DNA of 63,959 nucleotides, counting the filler, from Octopus bimaculoides (taxonomy: Eukaryota): NCBI RefSeq assembly GCF_001194135.2. It is 7 parts of 6 records of this genome, joined end to end, with 100 filler letters (N's around TTAATTAATTAA, not from the genome) between each part and the next. Parts side by side here need not be neighbours in the genome. Positions count along the whole stretch, not along the records: positions 1 to 19,059 come from NC_068998.1; positions 19,160 to 37,540 come from NC_068983.1; 5 more parts are not named here. The stretch is one strand, 5' to 3'. Position numbers and translations under genes: made by a program. Positions 11,685-25,751 of the stretch are shown here, piece after piece. How positions within the stretch are numbered: the first letter of the stretch is position 1; each line of letters begins with the position of its first letter. The notes beneath the pieces were generated by a model. It saw nothing but the letters and a program-made list of their open reading frames with translations. It made no database searches and was not told the origin of the DNA.

Positions 11685-13235
11685 TCTTGAATCTTATTTC
11701 TTTCTATCGCTAGAAATATTTGCTCCATCATCAAATAGATTTTGTCAAACTAGGTAAGACGTGGTTGAGTAAAACCGTTGTATTCAAGTAGGTTTTCCTC
11801 TGGATACCATTGTTAATGATGGCGTTCTTTCGTTTAAAGAGTTGGCGTTGATATGTTCTTGTTATTGCAGAATTTCTCTGATAGAGGTAAGCATTTACAT
11901 GAATATTTTGGTAACAATCCCTCCTCTGACACTTCAGGAATTTCAGTGCCATTGGGAATCCTATTGAGATGCAATGGGTATATCCAATGGATCAAAAGAT
12001 TTGCTGCAAGCCGTTCTACCCTTTTCAAAAATTCTCATCTTTGTAATCTTCCTCACGTGAAAATCCTTTGACTCTTTCATATAAATCCCTACATCTTCTT
12101 TTCATATTCATTTCACCCCGATTAATTACAATGTCATTCATTCCTCCAATATCCTTTACATCTCTTTGCTCAATATCCGTTACATCTCAAAGCTTTTACA
12201 CTTGTTCTAGATCCCTCCTTGTCCGAGCACCTTCTCTGGTCCAAGGCCCTACGGTTGCCCAAATGCATATTAAATTGTTCTGACTTTTTCAGCTAGATTT
12301 ACTCATTTAAGCCGTAGAATACTTCACTAACTTAACGTAAACCTTGTCAATATTTCTCCAGAAGAGAATGAAATTATTGTTAAAGAGGTCTGCTGCAATA
12401 AGAGGTTTATATTAAATAAACCCTATGGATATAGGAAACAGATATGTTAGTACGTTGTGCTATGCATTTCTGTTTATTTTTATATATTTCTTTATTGATT
12501 TATTTATGCTTTCCTTTCATATGTTTTCTTTGAAGCGATAATTTGAAATCATATAAGAAAGGAACTTATCAAGATAGCTAAAAAAGATTAGGCTCCAACA
12601 AACCTTCAGTAATCTGATTTTCAGTGGAGTGTAAGACAGAGGCTATTAGACGTTAAATTATTCTCTTTGAAATCTTAAAAGAAACAACAACAACAATAAA
12701 ACCAATATTAGTAGAAGCAACAACAATACTAACAGTACTAACCCTGGTTTTTCTCTGCCCCTGACCCCGTCAAAAGCTTCCATGTTTTTTTTTTTTTTCT
12801 CGAACACTCACCGATTTTCCACAACATCTAACTAACATCCAGAGTTGATCCTTTCTTAAGCCCTGCTTCATTAACACTCTCGAAATAAGCATCGCAGCCA
12901 CAAAGACGACGACGACGACGACGACGATCATGGTGATAGCGATGATGATGATGATGATTCTTTCATATAAATCCCCACGCCTTCCTTTCATATTCATTTC
13001 ATTATCGTGGTCACCATCATCATCATCTACGTCGTCAACACCCTCCTCCTCATCATCATCATCACCATGGCCACAATTGTGTTTCAATCACAGTCATGTA
13101 TTTATATATGTCTTTTTTACCTCTGTTTTCACTTGATCCTCACATCTGCAATTTATTCTGTGTTCAACTGCGATAATAAATCCCTAAATTAATTGAGTTA
13201 AAATTCCTAATTTTGTGGTTATAGCATCATCCTCC

Positions 13236-13287
<52 letters not shown>

Positions 13288-13479
13288 CATCATCACCATC
13301 ATCACCATCATCACCATCATCATTGAGTAAAACATTAATCTTACGTTTCAGTTAAGAAATGAATATCAATGGGATATTTTATTGTTATTTATGTTTTTGT
13401 TGTATTTATCATTTATTTGTGTTGTAATTTTCGAATTAAGAATAGATACCCTCTCTCTCTCCCTCTCTCTCTTTCACTT

Positions 13480-13513
<34 letters not shown>

Positions 13514-13561
13514 TCGTGCACTAAAGCAAACGCTCACGCATATAAATGCGTGTCAGTGTAT

Positions 13562-13606
<45 letters not shown>

Positions 13607-13975
13607 NNNNNNNNNNNNNNNNNNNNNNNNNNNNNNNNNNNNNNNNNNNNNNNNNNNNNNNNNNNNNNNNNNNNNNNNNNNNNNNNNNNNNNNNNNNNNN
13701 NNNNNNNNNNNNNNNNNNNNNNNNNNNNNNNNNNNNNNNNNNNNNNNNNNNNNNNNNNNNNNNNNNNNNNNNNNNNNNNNNNNNNNNNNNNNNNNNNNNN
13801 NNNNNNNNNNNNNNNNNNNNNNNNNNNNNNNNNNNNNNNNNNNNNNNNNNNNNNNNNNNNNNNNNNNNNNNNNNNNNNNNNNNNNNNNNNNNNNNNNNNN
13901 NNNNNNNNNNNNNNNNNNNNNNNNNNNNNNNNNNNNNNNNNNNNNNNNNNNNNNNNNNNNNNNNNNNNNNNNNNN

Positions 13976-14009
<34 letters not shown>

Positions 14010-14820
14010 TTTGCTGAGATTGCATGTTATTCATTTGGTAAAATATCACAGCATTCCTACTTGTTGTATTATAGAATTTTCTTTTTAAAAAATTAAAATT
14101 GCAATAAATGATTAAAAATGCCGCTACTACAACTACTACTACTACTACTAATAATAATAATAATAATAATAATATCAACAGTGGTTTGTATGATGATAAT
14201 AATAAATACAGAAGCTATAATAAATTTGCAAACAAATAGATAATTAAATAACGAAATCCTTTCTCTGTTCTTTTACAATGCTAATAAATTTCTGTTAAGA
14301 ACTAAACTTGTGTGTCTATCATATTTCATTCACTGATAAAATACCAACTGCTGGAATCAATCCATTACTGAGAACATGCTTTCAGTTAAGGCAACCAACA
14401 ATTCAATCCTCATTCTTGCTTTCCTCTCAAAATGGTCCTTATATTTTATTTTTCCTTTGTCTTTAATAAGCTTTCGCCCGCTTCTATCTCTTCCCCTTTC
14501 TCTCCCCTCTCTGCTTCTCTTTGACACGAATTTCTGTCCAAATTTCAGTTTTTATTTGTCTTTTTGAAATTTAGAATAAATTGGTTTACCTGTAAGGAGA
14601 AAAGTCTAAACTTTCTAAGTCGTTAGATAACCGGGAACATTAAACTTTTACATGTTCTGTGTAAGATATCCAAACCTTTTTCTAATTTAATCTATTTATT
14701 TTTATTTATTAACTGTTGATTAAGTTCATCGTTGTTTTTCACGTGTCCAAATGTTGGCTTTATTTATCAAATGTTTACCTTTTCGTCCTCAATCTATTTA
14801 GGCAATTTATATGAAATGTA

Positions 14821-14985
14821 AGGCAGCGAGCTGGCAGAAACGTTAGCACGCTGGGCGAAATGCTTACCGGAATTTCGTCTGACGTTACGTTCTGAGTTCA
14901 AATTCTGCCAAGGTCGACTTTGCCTTTCATCCTTTCGGGGTCGATAAATTAAGTACCAATTGAACATTGGGGTCGATGTAAACAA
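14821..14985 (+). mobile_element. tRNA-derived SINE, family B
   Basis: ggcagcgagctggcagaaacgttagcacgctgggcgaaatgc...gagttcaaattctgccaaggtcgactttgcctttcatcctttcggggtcgataaattaagtacc. Confidence 0.8.
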
Positions 14986-15213
14986 CTAGGCTTTTTCCAC
15001 TTAAAAGATTTTAGACCTTGTATCACTATAATTCTTTTTTTTTTAAATGACTATCAATAGGTAAGACGAAAAGCCATAACATTACAAACAGAACTAATGG
15101 TAGAGCAAAACCGAAAAGTATGAAAACAATACAAACCCTTGAAGGGTTAGACCACATCGTAATGTAATTCACGGCACCTGCACCTCATATGTGTGTGTAT
15201 GTATATATATATG

Positions 15214-15268
<55 letters not shown>

Positions 15269-15812
15269 TTATATATATATACACACACATACACTTCATC
15301 GAATTAATTTTACTCACCAAATTCAAGTTCTGTCCCTCACTTATGGCCGATGTCCTACAACCATACACACAAAGTAGGTCTATTATCCAGAACGATTTTG
15401 CCGTAAATTACACGCCATAAAAATTATAATATCACAGATAATCATTTTTTTTTAATTCTTTCTAATTCTTTCGGGCAATTTTGTATATTTTTTACGTTCG
15501 GAAATGTGGTTGGTTGTTTTAGTGGTTGATTCTTCTCTGTCCTTCTGGCTTGGACATACAGACAGACAGATGTTGCATGTAACTGCTATTTTTACTTTAA
15601 TCATTGTTCGCAAAACCTACAGAAAGTCATGCAGTCTGACAAACACGCATCTCATATAATTTCAATTATATTTCGTGTTATTTTTAGTCTCTCTTTTTCT
15701 TCTCCTCTCGATTATGATTTGTCTTGTGTTTTTCTTTATATTTTTTAAACTATAACTTTTGTCTAAATTCACTTAAGAATACCGACAGAAAACAACAACA
15801 CGCATAACAATC

Positions 15813-15848
<36 letters not shown>

Positions 15849-15953
15849 ATATATAGGCACGTGCATACAAAGAAATACGCATTCATGTATGCATTCATGC
15901 ACATTCATATACACATATATGTATATACTCAAACATACTAAGACAAACACATA

Positions 15954-15995
<42 letters not shown>

Positions 15996-16945
15996 CGAGA
16001 GAGAGAGAGAGAAAAAGATAGATAGGTAGGTAGACATACACATATACATATAAATACCAACATATATATATACATATATATATATGTGTATGTATATATA
16101 TATATATATNNNNNNNNNNNNNNNNNNNNNNNNNNNNNNNNNNNNNNNNNNNNNNNNNNNNNNNNNNNNNNNNNNNNNNNNNNNNNNNNNNNNNNNNNNN
16201 NNNNNNNNNNNNNNNNNNNNNNNNNNNNNNNNNNNNNNNNNNNNNNNNNNNNNNNNNNNNNNNNNNNNNNNNNNNNNNNNNNNNNNNNNNNNNNNNNNNN
16301 NNNNNNNNNNNNNNNNNNNNNNNNNNNNNNNNNNNNNNNNNNNNNNNNNNNNNNNNNNNNNNNNNNNNNNNNNNNNNNNATATGGATATATATACATATA
16401 TATGTATATTTATATACATAAATACATAATACATTCATACATACATATATGTATACAAACTGAGACATGCATACAGAAACAAAGGTACAGAGACTTAGAT
16501 ATGCATCTCTATACACATACACATACATAACTCCTACGTCGACACGTACTCCCACGCTCTAAGAGTCCTTCTAATACACACACACATTATGAAAAGAAAG
16601 ATAATTAATATCTTGAAGAAACTAGAGGATTGTTTCATTTTCCATGATTTCTAAGAAAAATGGCAAAAATCAATAACAGTAAGAACTTGAGAAAATTTCT
16701 TCCAATGAGCAAGAATTTTTTTTTTTCTCGCTCTCTCTTTCATTTGATGTCAAAGAAAATAAAAGAATTGTTACATTTTTATGTCTGCAAGAAATAAACT
16801 GTTTATTACCGAAATTCCCTCTAAATAGACTACAGTTTTTAATAGATGTGAAAAAAAAAAAGAAAGGAATAAATTTTTTTTAATAAATAAAAATATTAAA
16901 GTGAACATAAAAAAATACAATGGAGACACATATATGTATTATATA

Positions 16946-17035
<90 letters not shown>

Positions 17036-18324
17036 GACATATATATACATATATATACATATATATATTTATATATATATGTGAATATAAATACAATATG
17101 TATACATGCTTATATATAAAAGCGTCTATATCTACAAATATATCTATGCATATGTATTTACATATATATACATAAAGGTACATAATATATATATATATAT
17201 ATATATAAATTATGTATATCTGTGCATATAAAATGATTTCTTAACTTTCTACCGTTTATATTTCATGAAATATTAAATTGGAAAAACGTTAAAAATTGCG
17301 TAAAAGTAAAATAGGAGTAAGAATGTATTTGACTTAAATAGTTTTAATGATGGTTCAATAATAACCATTTAAGGAAATGAAGAAATTGCAAATGGCTTAG
17401 TAATTTATTAATTTAGTGATGATGTGATATGGCGGACGTTAAACTAAATCTATTAACTGCTTTAATTGTATCAGGAACGATGTGGAAATAGAAGAATCCA
17501 TATATAATTATATATGCATATATAAATATATATGTGTGTACATACATACATACATACATATATATATANNNNNNNNNNNNNNNNNNNNNNNNNNNNNNNN
17601 NNNNNNNNNNNNNNNNNNNNNNNNNNNNNNNNNNNNNNNNNNNNNNNNNNNNNNNNNNNNNNNNNNNNNNNNNNNNNNNNNNNNNNNNNNNNNNNNNNNN
17701 NNNNNNNNNNNNNNNNNNNNNNNNNNNNNNNNNNNNNNNNNNNNNNNNNNNNNNNNNNNNNNNNNNNNNNNNNNNNNNNNNNNNNNNNNNNNNNNNNNNN
17801 NNNNNNNNNNNNATATATATATAGTTAAGCTTATATATATATATATATGTATATACACCATCATATATATATACGCATATATACAATTGGTCTCTTGTTG
17901 ACAGTATTGTTGTTGTTGCAGTAGGTGAAGAGGGTGATTGCGGTGGTGGTTGTGTTTGTGCTGACGGTGGTGGTGCTGGTGATGATGGTGTTGTTGTTAC
18001 TGTTGTTGGTGATGGTGGTGGCGAGGATGCTGGTAATGGTGGTGGCTTGATTGTGTAGGTGGTCGTTGTCACTTTAATGAAGCTGGTGGCAGCAGCGGTA
18101 GTAGTAGCAGCAGCAGTTGCAATATCAGTAGTAGTAATAGTAGGTGTGGTGTTAATAGTATGTTGGAGCAAGTAGAGTGTAGGTTGTAGTTATCACTGTA
18201 GCCGCTGTTGTGATTATAGTATTGGCGACAGTGGTGGTGGTGGTGACACTGGTGTTATAGTATCATTGTAATATTCGTGTTAATTATGTTGTTGCCGTTG
18301 TAGTCGGTGTTGGTCGTGGTAATG

Positions 18325-18392
<68 letters not shown>

Positions 18393-18982
18393 GGCGGCGG
18401 AGATGGTGGTGATTGTGGTGGTGATGCTGGTTGCGGTGGTGGTGTTCGTGGTCGTGGTGGTAATGGTGGTAATGGTGGTGAAAGTGGTGGAGCATTAGGA
18501 TATGTGCGTTAAATAACAATAATAGTGAAATAAGGAAAAGGCAATGGATTTCAGCTTCGGATTGAAAACCGTGAAACAGATTCATATTAAGGCTGTGTTT
18601 TCATTGCGTTTTTGTTTGACCAATTCCAACCAAATTCCGTATTCGTTGAGGGATTAAAGGATTGGGTGAAATGTGGAAGGCCGGAGAATTGAACTCGCGA
18701 TATATTTCTGGTTCTCTGCGTACTGGGTTCAAATGTAAATAATTCAGAGAATAGGTTAAGAATAGTTACATAGGCATTACAGCCAATATACCAGTAATTA
18801 ACGAGTTCGCCAATAGAGATAGTGGGAAGGGATATGATGAGGATGAAATGTCGTGTTCAAATTCTCCTATTCTACCTACAAATCAAAGGAATGAATTCAA
18901 ATGAAGACTTACTAACATCATGAGTGCTTTTTGCATAAGTTAGCAATTTCTCTCTCACTCTCCATCTTTCTCTTTCTTTCTT

Positions 18983-19059
<77 letters not shown>

Positions 19060-19159
19060 NNNNNNNNNNNNNNNNNNNNNNNNNNNNNNNNNNNNNNNNN
19101 NNNTTAATTAATTAANNNNNNNNNNNNNNNNNNNNNNNNNNNNNNNNNNNNNNNNNNNN

Positions 19160-19243
<84 letters not shown>

Positions 19244-20289
19244 CTGAAGCCATCACGAACCAGGAATTAAGAATCCACAAGAACAATGAAAGGAAACTAT
19301 GTTATAACGAAAGCCATCTCAGGAAATTGAGATTGCTTACATTATATATACAAAAAAAAGTAACTTCCCTCAGATACGCTGCCTCAACAACACGTGCGTG
19401 AAAATGTAAACACATGGATTGCAATATTTCTATAGGAAAACTGCAAATTTGTGAATAAAACATTGGATTTAATATTTTAGTTACATATACATCCATATTC
19501 ATACAAGATTATCTCTCTCTCCCTCCTCTCTCTCTCTTCCTCTCTCTCCCTCTCTCTCTCCTTCTCTCTCCCCTCTCTCTCTCTTCCTCTCTCTCCCTCT
19601 CTCTCGCTTTCTCCCCCCTCTCTCTCTCTATGCACATTGCTGTCTCTTCTCGGTCTCTCGCTTACACATCAGTGATAATTGTGAATACGAAAGAAACATC
19701 AGCACATGTCAACGAGCGTTGTTCTGCCAAAAAGTAAATACTGTACAAACGAAACCATAACACAACCACCTAAAGAACGATGGACTAGAACAGGTTGAAT
19801 TGCTTCTTTTCAATGCAGCGCTGTCAACGGCCACTGGTAGTAGAAAACATATTTGACCTCTGCTGAACCGAAGTGGTGCGAAGACCCTTTTGTCTCTATA
19901 GCTGACCTGTCCACCATCTGCCGAATCTATTTATAGACCTGTTGAAGGTGATCTATTCATCAATCTGCTGCCCAGCTAGTGGTGGTGATGGTGGCAGGAA
20001 AAAATAATAATTGACTACAGCTGCTGATACTAAATACTACTAATACTACAATAATACTACAACTACTACTATTATGTTAGCACAGGAATCTGAAGCCCAA
20101 CAATCACACTTGCCACTGCTACTGTTGCTGTTGCTGCAGCCACTGCAACTACTACTACACATAAAAGGAATAATACCAGTGATATCAGTGATAAGGAAAC
20201 GGGTGGAGTCTACTTATGGGCTAATAATAATACATCTAGTGATGGTGTCACAATAAAAACACTGGTAATTTCCCAACCTGATAATCGCT

Positions 20290-21375
20290 GCCTCATATGA
20301 GTGACAATGAAAAAACAAAATATTGGGAATAACGGTGGTAATGAAACCGAAGCCATTGATGGTGACAGTGTTACACCCAGTAGGCTTAGGGATTCTGGTC
20401 CGGCTCCAGCCTGTCGATATCCAGAAAAGGACCACCACACACGGCGTAGATGGAGCAAACAAATTAATGCTGTGGCCATGGAGTGTTACTACCTGAGCAA
20501 CGCGATAGATGACGATGGTACTCAAATTAAGGGTTACCGACAATGTATGTATGATCATTGGGGAGAAAAGGGATTGTTTCAACTCACGGAACAGAGACAA
20601 TGTGACCAAGTTAGAGCAATAAGAAAACATTTTGGGCTCAGAGGAGTAGAGCTCGACGCTATCAGAAGACGGGTCATGGACAATAGCAGCATGGATAAGA
20701 ATGAAAATACAATCCTTACTAATAAGAGTACTAATAGACGATTTAAAAGAAGACGATAAAACTAATAGCGACATGACAGATGAACAAAAGGCAATCTACG
20801 ACAGAATAAAGGTAAGACTACAGGAGAACGATAGCGACATTATTTGCAACTTTAGAAAGGTTGATCGATGGAAATTGAACCAAGAAACAAAAATATCAAT
20901 GAAATTCTGAAATACATCAGAACAAAAGACATCACAGAAACAAATGATTTGATCAAGGCAGCAAGTATTGTAGCAGAAGATGTGGGTGTCGATGTCAAGA
21001 AAAAGAATCACAATGTGAGTGACAAAAGAAAAGATCCATGGAGGAAAAGAAGAATCCAGGCAGGATTAGACATGCTCGCAAAAGAAATCTCTGTGTCAGA
21101 CCGAAAAGAGAAAGGGGAGCTTAATAGCGAACAAAAATACAGAGCAATGAATATGAAGTATAATATTGAAAGAAAGGGCCTGAAAGTAGTAGATACGATC
21201 AAAGAATGAAGGGTTACCACCAGAATAGGTTATTCAGAGTAGATGAGTAGAGATTCTATAAAGAAATAAATGGAGAGTGAACAAATGAAAAGTGGATACC
21301 AAATAACATTGAAAACCAAAGCTTTTGGTGTGACATCTGGAGCAAAGACAAGGAGCACAAGAAGGCAGCGGCACT
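20290..21375 (+). mobile_element. R4/Dong-like non-LTR retrotransposon, N-terminal ORF relic
   Basis: RRRWSKQINAVAMECYYLS...KGYRQCMYDHWGEKGLFQLTEQRQCDQVRAIRK, then INEILKYIRTKDITETNDLIKAASI, DPWRKRRI, KYNIERKG, HQNRLFRVD..RFYKEING and FWCDIWS. I recognise these as the pre-RT region of R4-clade ORFs. Several frameshifts. Confidence 0.75.
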
Positions 21376-21624
21376 GTCAAAGAAATGAGCTAAGGAAAAA
21401 TGTGCGTTACAAACGGACTTCACACATGCTTACTGTCCCCAAAAGGATGCAAATAGTGGTGCTTCAGGGCATGTCTGTGAATCTGCAGCTAAAGTATGCC
21501 GAGCCCCTATTCTTAAGAATCGTTGCAACAGATGAACGATATAACCAATGAAACGGGTTTCTTTTAAAAAAGGAAGAAGTGCAGACGCTCAAATTTTGAC
21601 ACATAAGAAGTAGCGCAAGGCACA

Positions 21625-22040
21625 ACGGTCTCTTGACCATTTACAATTGATCAATCTCTCAGGGATAGTTTCCTCCCAACACATTCCTGAGTGAGGTTGG
21701 CTACTGAAGATCTGTATCATATCCGAATCCGATGAGTTTAACTGGGGCGTAGGTTAGTAATCTAAGAAACAACAAGAAAAGTAATTTGTCCTGCCAACAC
21801 TTCATATTATATTTAGCAACATGCTGACGATTTCCTCTTCCATGGTACATCACACCATTATGATGACGCCATCTGCATTCGCCAACACAGCTCTTCTGCT
21901 CTCCAGCTCGAAATGGATGCCTCTCAAGAATTCTAAGATCCACAAAAAGGGCTCGAAACACAGAAGCACAGAAGGCACAAGATGCATTGACGGTCTAAAG
22001 AGGACATTATGACAATATTTCAAGACTTAGCCATTGGGTA
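21625..22040 (+). mobile_element. Highly decayed non-LTR reverse transcriptase relic (RTE-like)
   Basis: Across frameshifts: PFTI, QG*(x)FPPNTF (QGCVLAPTLF-like), HYDDAICIRQHSSSALQLEMD (YADD...LQ..MD-like), IDG and FQDLA (FxYLG-like). Confidence 0.45.
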
Positions 22041-22510
22041 TAAATCAAATAACCAATGACATTAGCATATTACATAGTTGAGAATATTCAGCACAATGAA
22101 CTTGGCATGACCTTTTTTTACAGTGGTCTCTTTACGTTATCTGGAAAGTGGAGTAGTGATCTGGCTGGCTGATCATATTGGTATCACAATTTTTCTTCAT
22201 AATTTTTGAACAATTCGTATATCAAAAGGATATTAATATTAATATGGTGTCATTTATTTTTTCAAATGAGATAAAAGGTGAATGGGAGACAAAGAAAAGC
22301 AGGGTGGATAAGTTCAGTCAACAAATCTTGCAAAACCGATAGAACTAAGATCACCATTAGGACCAAAACAATCAACACGAGCTTCAACAATGTTAAAATG
22401 GTAGCAGTAAATATGCTAGCTAAAAACAATGGTGGAAATTTTGCATATTCAAACGATCAAAAAATGAAATACCTGAAATTCCTAGCAAAATCAGCCGTGA
22501 AACCAATAAC

Positions 22511-22560
<50 letters not shown>

Positions 22561-22573
22561 CAGTAGCAGTAGT

Positions 22574-22637
<64 letters not shown>

Positions 22638-22700
22638 ATAGTAGTGAGAAGAAGAAGAAGAAGAAGAAGAAGAAGAAGAAGAAGAAGAAGAAGAAGACGG
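22511..22700. repeat. Compound trinucleotide microsatellite (TAG)n(CAG)n(AAG)n
   Basis: Read directly. Confidence 0.95.
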
Positions 22701-22974
22701 AAATGATGAAAAAGAGGAGAAAATATGTGAAGTAGAAGGTGGAGAAGTGAGTTTGAATATCACAATTTGTGTTTGTGGTTTGTTCGTGTGTTTTTGCGTT
22801 GTTTTCGTTCATATGCGACCGGATTGATAAGCTAATAGGGACACACGGGTAGATAACCTGGCCATTTGTCAGGTACACAATAAATGTGATAATATACTTT
22901 AAATGGGCAAGATCGACAACAAATATATCAATGTCATGGACGGAAAAAATTCATTACTTAGTGTTCAGTGATAA

Positions 22975-23045
22975 TGAGATGACGACGACGACGACGACGA
23001 CGATGACGACGACGACGATGATGATGATGATGATGATAATGATGA

Positions 23046-23079
<34 letters not shown>

Positions 23080-23270
23080 GGTGATGGTGGTGGTGGTAGT
23101 GGTAGTGGTGGTGGTGGTGATGATGATGATGATAACGACGACGACGATGATGATGATCATGTTGATGATGATGATGATGATGATGTTGATGATGGTGGTG
23201 GTGGTGGTGGTGGTGGTGGTGATGATAATGATGATGATGGTGATGGTGATGATGATGATGATGATGATTT
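22975..23270. repeat. Compound (GAC)/(GAT)/(GGT) microsatellite
   Basis: Read directly. Confidence 0.95.
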
Positions 23271-23363
23271 CAGGTTTAGTTCACTACAGAAATTATGTAA
23301 GCGAGTATGATACAAGAAAATTGTTAAGAAAAAATGAAAAATTAATTATAGAATTTATGATGT

Positions 23364-23438
<75 letters not shown>

Positions 23439-23769
23439 TAATAACAATAACTGGTATTTAGATAGAGTATATTTATGTATTCAATGTAATTAGGGCCTTC
23501 TAGTCTTAGAAAACTATTATTGGAAAACTATTCCAATATTAATAGTCACAATGTTTTACTGTCGATTACAATAGGAAAAGGCGAAAATTATATTGATCAT
23601 GATCTTCATCGGAAGAAGACGGTGAGGAATATGATAAGGTACCTAAGTGTCATCGTAAGTGACATTTTATTATTTCAACGTTGTGTACAACTGTCTGCAT
23701 ATAAACCTATACATATATACGGACGTATGTATGTGTATATATTTTTGTGTATATCTGTATATGTATAAG

Positions 23770-23825
<56 letters not shown>

Positions 23826-24124
23826 TTACAAATTAAAAGGGTAAAGGATTATCAATTTATTAATTAATAAATCAATTAACAATTAACAATTTTTACCAAG
23901 CCCATCGGTATGAAAGCACTATTATTGGTGGAGAACTTATTGAAAAGCTCATATATATTTATAAATATAATTAAGGGATCAGCAAATATTTGCTTCACCA
24001 TATACCGAAGTTCAGAAATAGCAGCTAAAAAAGCTGAGAATCCCACAGATAGCATCACTTGTAACTCACAAAGGCAAAAACAAGAAGAAAAAACAATGAA
24101 AACTAATCAATTCCGATGTTTAAC

Positions 24125-24179
24125 AGTAGACGCGTTTCTAGATCATGATTGATAATAATCAATTTCCTTCATCAGCACT
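24125..24179 (-). ncRNA. Candidate minimal type I hammerhead ribozyme (Penelope-like-element type)
   Basis: Minus strand reads AGUG-CUGAUGA-AGGA AUUGAU UAUU AUCAAU CAUGA UCUA-GAAA-CGCG-UC/UACU. It has both core words, a palindromic ACGCGU stem III, a GUC triplet and a 4-bp stem I (AGUG/UACU). The base of stem II is non-canonical. Confidence 0.6.
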
Positions 24180-24317
24180 TTATTCCAGTAGTAAATTCGA
24201 CTATGCTGGCAAACCGTGTAAGCATGGACTAGTAACATTCCACACCCACACAGGTCTGAAAGCATAACCGAATCCACCTCGGTCAGCCAGTCTTACATAT
24301 ATATATATATATATATG

Positions 24318-24532
24318 TAAAACAAATAATAAATGAGTATATGCATATATACGTACAAGTATGGGCATACCTACATCTACCTGTATATATAGGTGCATAT
24401 CTGAGTACAGGACATTGCAAACAAAACGTAGACAAAAAAAAATAATAATAACCAGAATACAGAAAACACACAGGCCACATAGAGAACATTTTCCTTCATC
24501 AGCTGCCCCCATTCTAACACAGGCGTTTCGAA
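24318..24532 (-). repeat. Unclassified repeat family X, copy 1
   Basis: ttcgaaacgc...gcagctgatgaaggaaaatgttctctatgtggcc...gtcctgta...atatgca...tagatgtaggtatg, shared with 32891, 33677 and 46264. Confidence 0.8.
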
Positions 24533-25441
24533 TATATATATATATATATATATATATTTGCATACATATACATACACATGTACATATACATCATAAATAT
24601 ATAACTATATGTATATATACATATACATGTATATACATATACATAGGTGTATATGAATGCGTCTCGTGGAAGTTTATGGCAGGTTATATGATGCTGTGCA
24701 CTGTGGACATCATATCGCGCGTTATCGAAGTTAAAGCACCAAAAGATTTTAACGACAATGGATCCTAGTTTATAGCTAGCGAATTGTTAATGTTTTCCAT
24801 GTTGTGGGGAATTGAAAGGAAATTACAAATAGTTTCGATCCAGATTTCTAAAACGTGGCAGTGATATAATACATATATAAATTGACATGAAGGTGTTGTC
24901 AGTAGTCCATGAAAGAAATACATAAATACAGTATCTAGAATTCAACCAAAACACCCATTAAAATTATGCGTTGGACATCAAAGTGAGGAACAGATCTATT
25001 TTTCTTCATTATTGAAAATGTTATTTTTTTATGTGTATTTTCTAATGCACGATCACATAATGTAGTGAGGCACGGGTGAGAGAGCATATTATATTTCCGA
25101 GCAATTTCATGGGGCTTTACTTTGTCAAGATAAACATCTATATGATGAAATGTTAAGTGATATAGTATAAAAATTAAGAATAAAATATAGTTGAAATTAA
25201 TTGCAATGGATAACAGTTTCGCATCTGTGAGTGTTGTTTGCTTTCGGGTAATCGCTGAGAGAATTTAATGAATATGTAAGAGCATGTATCTAATCACGCA
25301 CGCATACACATACATCCACAAAATACATACACTTACACATACACACGCTGACACACATATATAAATGTGTGTGTGCATTTAGTAGTAGATAGATGTTTAC
25401 ATATATGCACGTATATACATCGAAGTACATACACATAGACA

Positions 25442-25478
<37 letters not shown>

Positions 25479-25710
25479 ATATATATNNNNNNNNNNNNNN
25501 NNNNNNNNNNNNNNNNNNNNNNNNNNNNNNNNNNNNNNNNNNNNNNNNNNNNNNNNNNNNNNNNNNNNNNNNNNNNNNNNNNNNNNNNNNNNNNNNNNNN
25601 NNNNNNNNNNNNNNNNNNNNNNNNNNNNNNNNNNNNNNNNNNNNNNNNNNNNNNNNNNNNNNNNNNNNNNNNNNNNNNNNNNNNNNNNNNNNNNNNNNNN
25701 NNNGAGAGAG

Positions 25711-25751
<41 letters not shown>

